A stretch of DNA of 64,000 bases, taken from contig BK006938.2 in assembly GCA_000146045.2 (NCBI GenBank), positions 1,024,001 through 1,088,000 on the forward strand, given 5' to 3'. The notes under the pieces are model-generated. The model was not told the origin of the DNA, made no database searches, and worked only from the letters and a program-made list of their open reading frames with translations. The first letter of the stretch is position 1; each line of letters starts with the position of its first letter. The position numbers were made by a program, and so were the translations under genes. Below are positions 37,505 through 49,401 of this stretch, piece after piece. Source of the stretch: TPA_inf: Saccharomyces (lineage: Eukaryota).

Positions 37505-38791
37505 TCAACGAGGTGGGAATGCCAAATTTTCTCTATGAGCGACATATTCGCTGTCATTATAGCCCAATTCCTCTTCGATTTGGTCACTGTGCAAACCTTT
37601 AATTTTAGTTAATTCAGAACTCGTGTAATTGCATCTTGCCTTGCCTACTGTTTGCAAGGGAAAATCTGGATCTAACGTGCCATCTGGTAACTTTTTACCA
37701 ACTTTTATGTCAACACATTCTAACTCATGGAAAGTGCCCTGAACATCAATAACACCTGCTGGCAATAATCCCGCCTTATTTTTCCTTGTTAAGGCTGCGT
37801 ACGCACCTTGGTCTATAACAACAGCGCCTTTAGAGACAAGACCGTGTAAAATCCAAAACTCTCTATTCTTTAGATGGTGTTTATTATCATTAGCAATGAA
37901 CTTCGTATGTAGTGGAACGTTAAGAGCCTTTAATTTCTCAAATTCTCTTTTTTGCAAATCCGTTAAATCGCCATTATATGCTTGTTTAACTTTATTTTCA
38001 TCGTCAAGTTCTAGAGTTTGCATATACTCGACAATTCTACCTATATTCGCAGGTGTATCGCTTTTCATGATCAACGTATGAACACCGGCATTCGTTGCCA
38101 AATCTGCAGCAACCAATTTAGTTTCCATACCACCGGTCCCAACGTCAGAACCTGAACCACCAGCAGTATTCACACCGGGCAAACCCTTTGAGAGATCTGG
38201 GACAACTAAGATCGGCATGGCATCTGGGTTTGTCCTTGGATTATCAGTATACAAACAGTCAACATCTGTCAGTAAGAAAAGATAATCTGCATGGATTAAA
38301 GCAGAAGTAATTGCTGATAAAGTGTCATTGTCACCAAATTTGATTTCTCTAACAGATAGTGTGTCGTTTTCATTCACAATGGGAATAACGCCCATGTTCA
38401 ACAATTCATTAATTGTGTTTTGAGCGTTCTTATATTGGGTCCAGTCCAGAATATCATTTCTGGTCAATAGAATTTGAGCGATACGTTGATCAAATTGCGA
38501 AAACAGAAGATCCCATCTCCCGATCAATCTACCCTGCCCAATAGCTGCGATGGCCTGAACTTCTGCTAAATGTTTTGGTCTTTTATTCATACGCATAGTC
38601 CTCAAACCAACAGCAATACCACCACTGGACACGATGATAACTTTGTGTCCCATTCTTCTCAATTTGACTACAGTTTCGACAATAAGCGACATGATAGCTA
38701 ACTTAGGTTCTTTGGTTTTTTCATCTACTAGCGATGAAGAGCCTAATTTGATCACTATAGTATACGATTTACTCTCATTAGCATCCTTCAT
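37505..38791 (-). CDS. PRO1: gamma-glutamyl kinase (proline biosynthesis), with PUA domain
   Basis: 428-aa ORF with an amino-acid kinase fold ([17 protein letters not shown]) and a C-terminal PUA-like region. Confidence 0.9.
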
Positions 38792-39351
38792 TTTCGCGTT
38801 CTTATGACTATATTACAGTAGCTGATAAAATGACCTAAACTATGCCTATCTTTGAAGCAACTAGACATTAATCTTGAAAGACCGTTTTGATGGATGAATA
38901 ATTCATCGAGAAAGCATTAGTTCGCTGATGTAATTTTTCATTTCCTGCCATCATGCGATGTGTGGGTGCTATTTATTTTCAATTCCTTTACCAAGGTACC
39001 TGATAGTGTCATAAATAAATAAATTTAGACCAAAATGTAACCATTGATAAGTGAGAGTCTTAAATTTAACATGTTCATACTTTAACTGGTGCTCAACCGA
39101 TATATTATGATTCACTGTGCCACTGACCAGCCCTATTAGTGACATTTTGTGCTTCCTCATCCCGTCGGCTCCCAATAAGACAACGTAGTAAGTGATCTTA
39201 ATATAAGGTAAGTTCGAGGTGACATATTTCACAGAGCAGCGTTAAAGCAATCATATGTAAATTGAGGAAGATCACCGTCCCTTGAACACTTCACTGATTA
39301 AAACTATCAGGTACTAACCTAGATTCGCTTTTTACTCTAGCTACTGGCCCT

Positions 39352-42300
39352 ATGAATGTATATGATGATGTGCTTGACGCTACTGTTGTGTCTCATTCAT
39401 TAGCAACACATTTTACTACTTCAGATTATGAGGAGCTCTTAGTGGTGCGAACAAATATCCTTTCTGTCTACAGGCCTACTAGGGATGGTAAACTGTATTT
39501 GACTGATGAGTTTAAGTTTCATGGCTTGATCACCGATATAGGCCTCATTCCCCAAAAAGACAGTCCGTTAAGTTGCCTGCTTTTATGCACAGGCGTCGCT
39601 AAAATCTCTATTTTAAAGTTCAACACGCTAACAAACTCAATCGATACCCTAAGCCTGCATTACTACGAAGGAAAGTTCAAGGGTAAATCGTTGGTAGAGC
39701 TGGCCAAAATTTCCACCTTGAGAATGGATCCTGGAAGTTCTTGTGCCTTACTGTTCAATAATGACATTATCGCTTTTCTACCCTTCCATGTCAATAAAAA
39801 TGACGACGATGAGGAGGAAGAAGATGAGGACGAGAACATAGACGATAGTGAATTAATCCATAGCATGAATCAAAAATCCCAAGGGACGAATACTTTCAAT
39901 AAGAGGAAGAGAACCAAGTTAGGTGACAAGTTCACGGCTCCAAGCGTGGTATTGGTAGCGAGTGAGTTGTACGAAGGCGCCAAAAATATCATAGATATTC
40001 AGTTCTTGAAAAATTTTACTAAACCAACGATAGCGCTCTTATACCAACCAAAGCTTGTTTGGGCAGGAAACACCACCATTTCAAAACTCCCTACACAATA
40101 CGTTATACTCACATTAAATATCCAGCCTGCAGAAAGTGCCACCAAGATTGAATCAACCACAATAGCATTTGTCAAGGAACTGCCTTGGGATCTACACACC
40201 ATTGTACCTGTTTCGAATGGTGCTATCATTGTGGGAACCAATGAACTGGCATTTCTAGATAATACTGGCGTTTTACAATCGACAGTATTATTAAACTCAT
40301 TTGCTGATAAAGAGTTACAGAAAACAAAAATTATCAACAATTCTTCATTGGAAATTATGTTCAGGGAGAAAAACACTACGTCAATTTGGATACCTTCGTC
40401 CAAGAGCAAAAACGGAGGAAGTAATAATGACGAAACACTACTACTTATGGACTTGAAATCCAATATATACTATATCCAAATGGAAGCAGAGGGCAGGTTA
40501 CTGATTAAATTCGATATTTTCAAGCTACCTATAGTCAATGATCTTTTGAAGGAGAACTCCAATCCAAAATGTATAACACGTTTGAATGCCACCAATTCAA
40601 ACAAAAATATGGACTTATTTATTGGGTTTGGTTCAGGAAATGCTTTGGTTCTCAGATTGAATAATTTGAAATCTACCATTGAAACAAGAGAAGCACACAA
40701 TCCATCTTCAGGTACAAATAGTTTGATGGATATCAATGACGACGATGATGAGGAAATGGACGATTTATACGCCGATGAAGCTCCTGAAAATGGACTAACA
40801 ACTAATGATTCCAAAGGCACTGTGGAAACTGTTCAACCTTTCGATATCGAACTGTTATCATCTCTAAGGAATGTTGGTCCCATCACATCGTTAACTGTAG
40901 GTAAGGTATCTTCCATTGATGATGTGGTAAAAGGACTACCAAATCCAAACAAAAACGAGTATTCGCTAGTTGCCACATCGGGAAATGGTTCAGGTTCTCA
41001 TTTGACCGTCATACAGACTAGTGTTCAACCGGAAATTGAATTAGCATTGAAATTTATCAGTATAACACAAATCTGGAATCTGAAGATCAAAGGAAGAGAT
41101 AGGTACTTAATAACTACTGATTCCACAAAATCCCGGAGTGACATATATGAAAGTGACAATAACTTCAAACTTCATAAGGGCGGCCGTTTAAGAAGAGATG
41201 CTACTACAGTTTACATTTCAATGTTTGGTGAAGAAAAAAGAATAATACAAGTCACCACCAATCACTTATATTTATATGATACACATTTTAGACGTCTCAC
41301 CACAATTAAATTTGACTACGAAGTTATTCATGTTTCCGTCATGGATCCGTATATACTAGTTACCGTATCAAGGGGTGATATTAAGATATTTGAATTGGAG
41401 GAAAAGAATAAAAGAAAATTGTTAAAAGTTGATTTGCCAGAAATTTTGAATGAAATGGTTATTACATCTGGTTTGATTTTGAAAAGCAATATGTGTAATG
41501 AATTTTTGATTGGGTTGAGTAAGTCTCAAGAAGAACAGTTATTGTTTACATTTGTTACTGCAGATAACCAAATTATCTTTTTTACTAAAGACCATAATGA
41601 CAGAATCTTTCAACTAAATGGTGTTGACCAATTAAATGAATCTTTATACATTAGCACTTATCAACTGGGCGATGAGATCGTCCCTGATCCATCGATTAAA
41701 CAAGTAATGATAAACAAACTGGGCCATGACAATAAAGAAGAATACCTGACAATATTAACCTTCGGAGGAGAGATTTACCAATATAGAAAATTACCACAAA
41801 GACGTAGTAGATTTTATAGAAACGTTACAAGAAATGATCTAGCTATTACTGGTGCTCCTGACAATGCATACGCCAAGGGTGTTAGTTCCATCGAAAGAAT
41901 CATGCATTACTTTCCCGATTACAACGGTTATTCGGTAATATTTGTAACCGGTAGCGTTCCATACATATTAATAAAAGAAGATGATTCCACACCGAAGATT
42001 TTCAAATTCGGAAACATACCATTGGTTTCAGTCACTCCCTGGAGCGAGCGTTCAGTCATGTGTGTAGATGATATTAAAAACGCCAGAGTTTACACACTAA
42101 CTACTGACAATATGTACTATGGTAACAAATTACCATTGAAACAGATAAAGATCAGCAATGTGCTTGATGACTACAAAACTCTGCAAAAACTAGTCTATCA
42201 TGAAAGGGCTCAATTGTTTCTTGTATCTTATTGCAAGCGGGTTCCTTACGAAGCATTAGGAGAAGATGGCGAAAAAGTAATTGGTTATGACGAGAATGTT

Positions 42301-43425
42301 CCTCATGCGGAAGGATTTCAAAGTGGAATTTTACTCATTAATCCAAAAAGTTGGAAGGTCATTGATAAAATCGACTTTCCAAAGAATTCTGTCGTCAATG
42401 AAATGAGATCCTCTATGATTCAAATTAATTCAAAAACTAAGAGGAAAAGAGAATACATTATAGCCGGTGTTGCCAATGCCACCACTGAAGACACTCCACC
42501 AACTGGCGCTTTCCATATTTATGATGTGATAGAAGTTGTTCCCGAACCTGGTAAACCTGATACCAATTATAAGCTCAAGGAAATTTTTCAAGAAGAGGTC
42601 AGTGGTACTGTATCTACTGTTTGTGAGGTTAGTGGAAGATTCATGATTAGTCAAAGCCAAAAAGTTCTAGTAAGAGATATCCAAGAAGATAATTCCGTCA
42701 TACCAGTGGCATTTTTGGATATTCCTGTTTTCGTTACGGATTCTAAAAGCTTTGGTAATCTTTTGATAATTGGTGACGCTATGCAGGGGTTCCAATTTAT
42801 TGGTTTTGACGCAGAACCATACAGGATGATTTCATTGGGCAGAAGTATGTCGAAATTTCAAACAATGTCGCTAGAGTTTTTAGTGAACGGAGGGGATATG
42901 TATTTTGCGGCAACAGATGCTGACAGAAATGTTCATGTTTTAAAATATGCGCCAGATGAACCCAACTCTCTTTCGGGTCAACGTTTAGTCCACTGCTCCA
43001 GTTTCACGTTGCATTCCACCAATAGTTGTATGATGCTTTTACCAAGAAACGAGGAATTTGGCTCTCCTCAAGTGCCATCGTTTCAAAACGTTGGTGGCCA
43101 AGTGGATGGGTCAGTCTTCAAGATAGTTCCTTTAAGTGAGGAAAAATACAGAAGACTTTATGTGATTCAACAACAAATCATCGATCGAGAATTACAGCTA
43201 GGTGGTTTAAACCCTCGCATGGAAAGATTGGCCAACGACTTTTATCAGATGGGTCACTCTATGAGGCCTATGCTTGATTTCAACGTTATACGGAGGTTCT
43301 GTGGATTAGCTATTGATAGACGGAAAAGCATTGCGCAGAAAGCAGGAAGACATGCGCATTTTGAAGCATGGAGAGATATCATAAATATTGAATTTTCAAT
43401 GAGATCTTTATGCCAGGGTAAGTGA
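39352..43425 (+). CDS. CFT1: cleavage and polyadenylation factor CF II subunit (CPSF160 homologue, beta-propeller protein)
   Basis: 1357-aa ORF whose length and sequence match Cft1; it contains an acidic D/E stretch. Confidence 0.9.
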   Translation: MNVYDDVLDATVVSHSLATHFTTSDYEELLVVRTNILSVYRPTRDGKLYLTDEFKFHGLITDIGLIPQKDSPLSCLLLCTGVAKISILKFNTLTNSIDTLSLHYYEGKFKGKSLVELAKISTLRMDPGSSCALLFNNDIIAFLPFHVNKNDDDEEEEDEDENIDDSELIHSMNQKSQGTNTFNKRKRTKLGDKFTAPSVVLVASELYEGAKNIIDIQFLKNFTKPTIALLYQPKLVWAGNTTISKLPTQYVILTLNIQPAESATKIESTTIAFVKELPWDLHTIVPVSNGAIIVGTNELAFLDNTGVLQSTVLLNSFADKELQKTKIINNSSLEIMFREKNTTSIWIPSSKSKNGGSNNDETLLLMDLKSNIYYIQMEAEGRLLIKFDIFKLPIVNDLLKENSNPKCITRLNATNSNKNMDLFIGFGSGNALVLRLNNLKSTIETREAHNPSSGTNSLMDINDDDDEEMDDLYADEAPENGLTTNDSKGTVETVQPFDIELLSSLRNVGPITSLTVGKVSSIDDVVKGLPNPNKNEYSLVATSGNGSGSHLTVIQTSVQPEIELALKFISITQIWNLKIKGRDRYLITTDSTKSRSDIYESDNNFKLHKGGRLRRDATTVYISMFGEEKRIIQVTTNHLYLYDTHFRRLTTIKFDYEVIHVSVMDPYILVTVSRGDIKIFELEEKNKRKLLKVDLPEILNEMVITSGLILKSNMCNEFLIGLSKSQEEQLLFTFVTADNQIIFFTKDHNDRIFQLNGVDQLNESLYISTYQLGDEIVPDPSIKQVMINKLGHDNKEEYLTILTFGGEIYQYRKLPQRRSRFYRNVTRNDLAITGAPDNAYAKGVSSIERIMHYFPDYNGYSVIFVTGSVPYILIKEDDSTPKIFKFGNIPLVSVTPWSERSVMCVDDIKNARVYTLTTDNMYYGNKLPLKQIKISNVLDDYKTLQKLVYHERAQLFLVSYCKRVPYEALGEDGEKVIGYDENVPHAEGFQSGILLINPKSWKVIDKIDFPKNSVVNEMRSSMIQINSKTKRKREYIIAGVANATTEDTPPTGAFHIYDVIEVVPEPGKPDTNYKLKEIFQEEVSGTVSTVCEVSGRFMISQSQKVLVRDIQEDNSVIPVAFLDIPVFVTDSKSFGNLLIIGDAMQGFQFIGFDAEPYRMISLGRSMSKFQTMSLEFLVNGGDMYFAATDADRNVHVLKYAPDEPNSLSGQRLVHCSSFTLHSTNSCMMLLPRNEEFGSPQVPSFQNVGGQVDGSVFKIVPLSEEKYRRLYVIQQQIIDRELQLGGLNPRMERLANDFYQMGHSMRPMLDFNVIRRFCGLAIDRRKSIAQKAGRHAHFEAWRDIINIEFSMRSLCQGK

Positions 43426-43730
43426 ACAATACATATAAAGGATATTTAATGCTAACTAGCCCGATATATACATCTATCTATCACTAGGCATTCGAGTAGT
43501 GAATAAGAACCACTACTTGAAACACTAGATTTGTAACAATAACGCATGTATCATCGTACATTTTCGGAACTATTTACGTAACGCGGGGATGAGGAAAAAG
43601 TTACTTTTTGCACAGCAAAAAAAACAAATAAAGAACAGTTAGTGAAATAAAGCAAAAGTGCAAACGGTGCCTTTAATCAAAGACTTTGCAGGAACATAAA
43701 CAAGTGCACTAAAGAAGGTCCAATTTAAAT

Positions 43731-44390
43731 ATGCCAGCTAAAAAAAGGACTAGAAAGACAGTGAAAAAAACCGTATCATTCTCCGATGACACAACATTAA
43801 CAACGCACCAAAATCGTGAGAAAAAGAACGTAGATCATGATCGTCCACCTGTGTATGTGAGGAAAACCCCTCTGATGACATTTCCATACCATTTAGTAGC
43901 ACTACTTTATTACTACGTTTTTGTATCTTCAAATTTCAATACGGTGAAGTTGCTAAGTTTTTTGATTCCTACACAAGTTGCTTATTTAGTTTTACAATTC
44001 AATAAATGCACAGTTTACGGTAACAAAATCATTAAGATCAATTACTCATTGACCATTATTTGTCTAGGTGTTACATTTTTGTTGAGCTTTCCCACAATGT
44101 TATTAACTATATTATTTGGTGCGCCATTAATGGACTTATTGTGGGAAACCTGGCTGTTGTCACTGCATTTTGCATTTTTAGCATACCCTGCAGTTTATTC
44201 TGTATTTAATTGTGATTTCAAAGTGGGATTATGGAAGAAGTATTTTATCTTTATCGTTGTAGGGGGTTGGATTAGTTGTGTTGTCATTCCTTTGGATTGG
44301 GATAGAGATTGGCAGAATTGGCCAATTCCTATTGTTGTTGGAGGTTATTTGGGCGCTTTGGTGGGCTATACTATCGGTGCCTATATATAA
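43731..44390 (+). CDS. GPI11: GPI-anchor biosynthesis ER membrane protein (PIG-F homologue)
   Basis: 219-aa multi-spanning membrane protein. Confidence 0.85.
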   Translation: MPAKKRTRKTVKKTVSFSDDTTLTTHQNREKKNVDHDRPPVYVRKTPLMTFPYHLVALLYYYVFVSSNFNTVKLLSFLIPTQVAYLVLQFNKCTVYGNKIIKINYSLTIICLGVTFLLSFPTMLLTILFGAPLMDLLWETWLLSLHFAFLAYPAVYSVFNCDFKVGLWKKYFIFIVVGGWISCVVIPLDWDRDWQNWPIPIVVGGYLGALVGYTIGAYI

Positions 44391-44728
44391 TATCGGTAAT
44401 TTAAAAATTTGTATATAAAAAAATATAAGTATGATAGAGGTAACATAAACTGGTCCTATGCACAATTGAAAAATCTATGACAAAAACTAAATGATCTTTA
44501 TACCAAACCCACCTATATGCTATTTGTACCATCTTAAAAGAAGGTAATAACTTCCATACAGATAAATAGCTAACAACATTAAATATCTCCCACTCTCCTC
44601 ATTCTTTTCTTTTCATAATTTCCTTTTTCTGATTTATTCATTCTATATAAAAAAATAATACAAATCCTCAGATTAAATAATAAATACTATAAAAGTCTCA
44701 ACTTCTTCTTTAATTTGTTTGAGTCGCT

Positions 44729-47386
44729 TTAGCTACGAATAGCCTCAAAAACTTCGTTGAAATTCTCCTTTGTTAAACCGAAAGTATCCGAATTTGCGTC
44801 GCTATCAACAGGAGCTGCTGCGCCTAAAACTCCATTAGAAACTGTGCTATTTTTCCTCTGTTCATAAAAATCCGTTTTTATCAGAGATTCTGAAATTTTA
44901 CTCAACTCGTGATTTAATTTAATCAACTGCTCTGCAGATATGCCAGAAAATCCGTTATTAATGGAATAATTTGAATCGGCGCTAGTCGTTACCTTATTCT
45001 CCTCAAGATTTTTGATATACTTGGAGATTGTCTTAATTTTAATAATCAGATTTTCGATGAGTTTATTTTGCTTTTTACAATTCTTGGTATAATCACTTAA
45101 CAACATTGCAATTTTGTTGATAATTAAATGAATAACATTTTTATTCTTTATTCTCTTACTATTGTCGTTATTACTATGAATATCTGTTTGCTCACTGATT
45201 TCATTAGCATCATTCGTCCTCTTTGAAGAATCAAAAGACCTTTGATAGAGCGCCAAAAGCATTAAAACTAAAGTTTGCAGAACCACAATAGATTTATTGA
45301 TGAATGTGAATTCATGACCAGCAAATTTAATATTGGCTAAGTTCGAGAAAACAAAGAACAAGGTCTCCCTCGACAATTCCAAAAAGTCTTCCAAAATTTC
45401 GTTAAATTTAGCATAATTTTTCAATGTTTCAAATTGCAATAAGAGGTAAAAGTTCAAATATAACATTGAATTCCTGTAGATTAGAGAATCCATGATATTA
45501 TTAATTATTGAAGGAGTCGTTAAACATCCTTGGCTGACCTCGATATTCTTATTTTTCAAAAGCTTGATTAACTGTATAATTTTATCAATGGATAGTTGTT
45601 GATCTTTACTTTGCAAATATTTCATCAAGTTTACTTCAAAATCAATCAATTCAAAATCGTTGTTCAACAAAGGATCAATAATTGGGGTAGAATTTGTGAA
45701 AGGTTCAGACATTAGCAACGGCAATTGACCTAAGAAAAGGTGTCTCCAGCAGTAGTTCTTAAATATGAAATTCCAGGTCAAAATATGAGATTGATTTTGA
45801 GTTTCATGATTTAACGATAGTAAACATGCCATATGCATATCTTCGTCGTAATCAATTACGAAAGAGGACGATGACGACGTGTCCATCACAAATTGGTAAT
45901 ATTTCCACAAAGAAATAAACCGCAGGGTCTCTATATTACACATTGACCTTTTTTCAATTTCAAATCTAAGCGTTGTTAAATTAGACTTCAACAAAGGCAA
46001 GTAGTTGAATAACACATTGAATAATTGCAAGTGTTCATCATCTCTAAGAGGAATCAAAACCGTAGAATTCAACGATTCAAAAAGAATCAGGAGACAGAGA
46101 GTAATAAATCCTAGATTTAGTAGCTGATCATTGGTCACACTAAAAACTTGAAAAATAGTTTCAAAATCTTTAGAATTTGGCTTATTAATGGTGTTAGAAG
46201 GAAAAAGCTGCTCAACTATGGGTAATAGTCTCTTTGGTTTTAATATTGGAAGTATTGAATTCGTTTCCGTTATCGTGGATAAGTATTTGTTGATAAGGGT
46301 CTGTGTTATCGATTGTGAAGGAAACTTTAATATTTGAGATATGCCACTGTTGCGCTCAATACTGTTACGGCTTGCTACCAAATCGTGCAAAGGTCCATTA
46401 AATTGCGTTTCAATTAATATATTCAAGTCATTGAAGAATTTGAATAGGAAAGGATCACGTTCAATCAAATACTGAATCTGGAAGATAGAACTTTTATTTA
46501 TATTTTTTGGTAACAGCCATAATCTGTTTCTACCTTCTTCTGAAATAGCAGAATTAAACACATTAAAAACTTTATTAGTATCCAAAAATTGAGGATCTAA
46601 ATCCTTAAATTCATTAAGATGAGGTCTTCTTTCACTCTCTGGAATTGGCTTACCGTCCCCGTCCGTAACGCCGTCTTCACTCAGTTTTCTTTTCTTAATT
46701 GTCAAAAACTCCTCTTGGTTTCTATTGGAGTGTGAAGACTGCATTTGCGCTGAGGAATCCTGCTTGAGATCAAGATTTACTCCCGTAATTTTCTTACCTG
46801 TAATTTCTTGCAATTCCAGTAGTCTGCCTTTCAAGAAATTCATTTCATGATTGATGATTTCATCTTGTGTGTAAGGAGAGGTTAGCATATGAAAAATTGC
46901 AGGGCCTTGAACCCAATTGAGTGGAGTAGAAGATTCGTTTGCAGAAGTGACTGGCTTACTTTCCAAGGAAGGCACTGATTTTGGAATATATTGAGTGTGT
47001 TGTTGATTCAAGGTTGCATTTGCCGCAGATGATCTATTATTAAGTTGATTTTGAGCATTGAGCAGTTGCAGACGCGTGTTGTATTCTCTTATTTGCTCCA
47101 AAGAAGCCAGTTCTGGATTTTTCTGCAAAAGTGCAGCAGTTTCCTTGGAGACACGACGAGAAGCGTAATAAGAGTTTAAGTACGGACCGTTGGCTACTTG
47201 GCGTGTATTGGAAGAGGAAGAACTAGAGGGAACGTATTGTCCGGGAACGTCCGGATAAAAGCAGTCCATTTTATTATGCTTCATACAGTTCCCACAAATC
47301 GGCTTAACACGATCGCAGCCTATCTTCCTCTTACGGCACTGCACGCATGCAGGCGGTTTTTTCATTTTTCTACCACGAATATCCAT
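44729..47386 (-). CDS. RSC3: RSC chromatin remodeller subunit, Zn2Cys6 DNA-binding protein
   Basis: 885-aa ORF with an N-terminal Zn(II)2Cys6 cluster CVQCRKRKIGCDRVKPICGNCMK. Confidence 0.9.
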   Translation of the reverse strand: MDIRGRKMKKPPACVQCRKRKIGCDRVKPICGNCMKHNKMDCFYPDVPGQYVPSSSSSSNTRQVANGPYLNSYYASRRVSKETAALLQKNPELASLEQIREYNTRLQLLNAQNQLNNRSSAANATLNQQHTQYIPKSVPSLESKPVTSANESSTPLNWVQGPAIFHMLTSPYTQDEIINHEMNFLKGRLLELQEITGKKITGVNLDLKQDSSAQMQSSHSNRNQEEFLTIKKRKLSEDGVTDGDGKPIPESERRPHLNEFKDLDPQFLDTNKVFNVFNSAISEEGRNRLWLLPKNINKSSIFQIQYLIERDPFLFKFFNDLNILIETQFNGPLHDLVASRNSIERNSGISQILKFPSQSITQTLINKYLSTITETNSILPILKPKRLLPIVEQLFPSNTINKPNSKDFETIFQVFSVTNDQLLNLGFITLCLLILFESLNSTVLIPLRDDEHLQLFNVLFNYLPLLKSNLTTLRFEIEKRSMCNIETLRFISLWKYYQFVMDTSSSSSFVIDYDEDMHMACLLSLNHETQNQSHILTWNFIFKNYCWRHLFLGQLPLLMSEPFTNSTPIIDPLLNNDFELIDFEVNLMKYLQSKDQQLSIDKIIQLIKLLKNKNIEVSQGCLTTPSIINNIMDSLIYRNSMLYLNFYLLLQFETLKNYAKFNEILEDFLELSRETLFFVFSNLANIKFAGHEFTFINKSIVVLQTLVLMLLALYQRSFDSSKRTNDANEISEQTDIHSNNDNSKRIKNKNVIHLIINKIAMLLSDYTKNCKKQNKLIENLIIKIKTISKYIKNLEENKVTTSADSNYSINNGFSGISAEQLIKLNHELSKISESLIKTDFYEQRKNSTVSNGVLGAAAPVDSDANSDTFGLTKENFNEVFEAIRS

Positions 47387-47879
47387 CGTTGTTTTTTGGT
47401 TCTGAAATGCTATTTTTGTAGATAAGAGCTTAAGAAAATATCACAGAAACCTCGATTTTAAATATCTGCGTAGTATGGGGCAATTGCAGCAGAGCACCAA
47501 TGACTTTGGTTTGAAAGCCGTGAGTTTTGATGAAATAATCTAATGTAAGCAGCTAATATATCTTCTCGGGCGAAAACGGGAAAGTGGTCTTACAAGCGTC
47601 TAACGGGCCGAATGAATATTGGTGAACTATGGCTATTTGCGAGAAGGTATAGCAGTGGAAGTGTCCAGAAAGCAGTATGTTCCTAATAATAAAGGTAGTT
47701 CTTGGTCTGTGTGATCCCAGCTGGTCAACAAGACCCACGTTGGTCAATTGAAATACTCTTGTGAAGTTGTGCCAGAAAAGGGCCATAGGGTAACATACTC
47801 GTTCTATGTGATAATCAACTGTTATAAGCACTATATAGTTACATAGCTGGCCTATACATCTCCTGAATAGTGATGCAGT

Positions 47880-48557
47880 TTAGAGTTCATCGTGGGCTGC
47901 TTCGCTAGCTTCCGCTTTGATCTCTTCCTGTAGCTTGGCGGCGTCTTTATTGTCCAAAGGAACAGTTTCCAGTTCACCACTTTCCACAATAATAACTTCC
48001 TTTACAGGCATATTTCTACTGTCGGTCTTAACGTTTTCAATGTAGTGAACTACGTCCATACCATCCAAGACTTCTCCAAAGACAACGTGCTTACCGTCCA
48101 ACCATGGGCATGGGACGGTGGTGATGAAAAATTGGGATCCGTTGGTGTTTTTACCACGATTGGCCATAGACAATCTGCCTGGTTTGTCATGTTTGACATC
48201 AAAATTCTCATCTTTGAACGTGTTTCCGAAGATAGACTTACCCCCAATACCTGATCTGTGAGTGAAATCGCCACCTTGAATCATGAAGTTAGGAATAACG
48301 CGATGGAAGATAGAGTTCAAATAACCCATCTTAGGGTCCCTGGAAATGGTCAACTGGTAAAAGTTTTCAACGGTTTGGGGTGTGGTGAGACCATACAATC
48401 CCATAACAATTCTACCAATTTGTTTATCACCGTGATTAATGTCAAAGTAGACCTTGTGTGTGATCTCAGGATCTTCTGCCGTGTCCTCTTTCGCAAAAAT
48501 GGCTGTTGTGAAGAGACAAGCAAATAAGGTAATAAAGGAAAAAAATTGAAGCTTCAT
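47880..48557 (-). CDS. CPR5: ER-resident cyclophilin (peptidyl-prolyl isomerase) with signal peptide and C-terminal HDEL
   Basis: 225-aa ORF with a hydrophobic N-terminus, cyclophilin core motifs ([15 protein letters not shown]) and a C-terminal HDEL ER-retention signal. Confidence 0.9.
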   Translation of the reverse strand: MKLQFFSFITLFACLFTTAIFAKEDTAEDPEITHKVYFDINHGDKQIGRIVMGLYGLTTPQTVENFYQLTISRDPKMGYLNSIFHRVIPNFMIQGGDFTHRSGIGGKSIFGNTFKDENFDVKHDKPGRLSMANRGKNTNGSQFFITTVPCPWLDGKHVVFGEVLDGMDVVHYIENVKTDSRNMPVKEVIIVESGELETVPLDNKDAAKLQEEIKAEASEAAHDEL

Positions 48558-48745
48558 AATTGCGGATATCGCTGTGCCTTTTGTTTATTGAATTGAAAGT
48601 AACCTTTACTGTTGAGTCTCCTCGAGGAAAGTAGTAAGGATGGTTTCATCTTTTTTTTCCTCTGCTAAAAGGGATTCGCTGCGAAACGAAAATTAACTTC
48701 CCTACTATTTTTTATATCGTAAGTATGAATCTATTATTTATTGAA

Positions 48746-49312
48746 CTATAACCATTGTGTTAAACCAGGATCAGAAGATACAAATTCTTCTAGTCTGGCT
48801 TGAAGATCCTCAGCTTCTTTTTTCATTTCGGTTAAAGCTCGAACCTTCCTTTGACTGTCTGGCTTCAAGACATTAGGACCTTGTGAGAGTTCATCCCCGT
48901 CTACAGTGGCCGATGTAGAGTTATTTTTTCTTGCTTGCCTACCACCAACACCCAAATATTCGTCTCTTCTTCCTTGCCAATCAGTCAAAGTCCCATTACC
49001 ATCCCAATGATCTAATTTATCGTATATTAAATCCCCTACATTGTTTATTTTATAACGTGGAATAATGTGTGTATGCAAGTGGGGTACCGACTGTCCGGCC
49101 TCAGGTCCATCTTGGATGGCAACGTTGATAGAGTCAGCCTTATATTGCCACTTAATAAATCTATGTATTAACTGTAAAGTCTTGAAATAATCTTGAGATT
49201 CAGGCATGGTCAGATCTGATAAGTTTAAAACCGTAGTTCTCAGTGGAACGATCAGTACATGTCCGGGTACAATTGGTTTCAAGTTTACCAATGCATACGT
49301 ATATTTTGACTT
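48746..49312 (-). CDS. HNT2: HNT2 exon 2 (HIT-family dinucleoside triphosphate hydrolase), 188 codons plus stop
   Basis: HIT histidine triad HLHTHIIPR. The exon begins directly after the intron acceptor TTACAG; the ORF-track entry 48746..49291 is this exon reported from an in-frame TTG. Confidence 0.85.
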   Translation of the reverse strand, partial: KSKYTYALVNLKPIVPGHVLIVPLRTTVLNLSDLTMPESQDYFKTLQLIHRFIKWQYKADSINVAIQDGPEAGQSVPHLHTHIIPRYKINNVGDLIYDKLDHWDGNGTLTDWQGRRDEYLGVGGRQARKNNSTSATVDGDELSQGPNVLKPDSQRKVRALTEMKKEAEDLQARLEEFVSSDPGLTQWL

Positions 49313-49401
49313 CTGTAAAGAAGCAGAGATTATAAGGTCTCCATATAGTTAGTAACGCAATGGTGCGAATGGGGTACAAAAAAACATATGAGAGTGCATA
49401 C
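49313..49401 (-). other. HNT2: HNT2 spliceosomal intron (89 nt): donor GTATGC, branch point TACTAAC, acceptor TTACAG
   Basis: Minus strand reads GTTTTCTAT|gtatgcactctcat...cgttactaactatatggag...cttctttacag|AAGTCAAAATAT. The branch point maps to + strand 49348-49354. Splicing joins exon 1 (29 codons) in frame to exon 2, giving a 217-aa HIT protein. Confidence 0.8.

Noticed and set aside
38969-39232. 87-aa minus-strand ORF in the PRO1/CFT1 divergent promoter
   Set aside because: No motifs; it sits in a bidirectional promoter where nucleosome-free DNA is expected, and is a chance ORF.
47553-47831. 92-aa minus-strand ORF in the RSC3-promoter/CPR5-terminator gap
   Set aside because: No motif and no recognisable family. 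It sits where the CPR5 3'UTR and RSC3 promoter must lie, and is most likely a chance ORF.
48558-48745. Looked for an unfolded-protein-response element (CAGCGTG core) in the CPR5 promoter
   Set aside because: Only a partial match (ACAGCGA near 48570) was found, which is not convincing.
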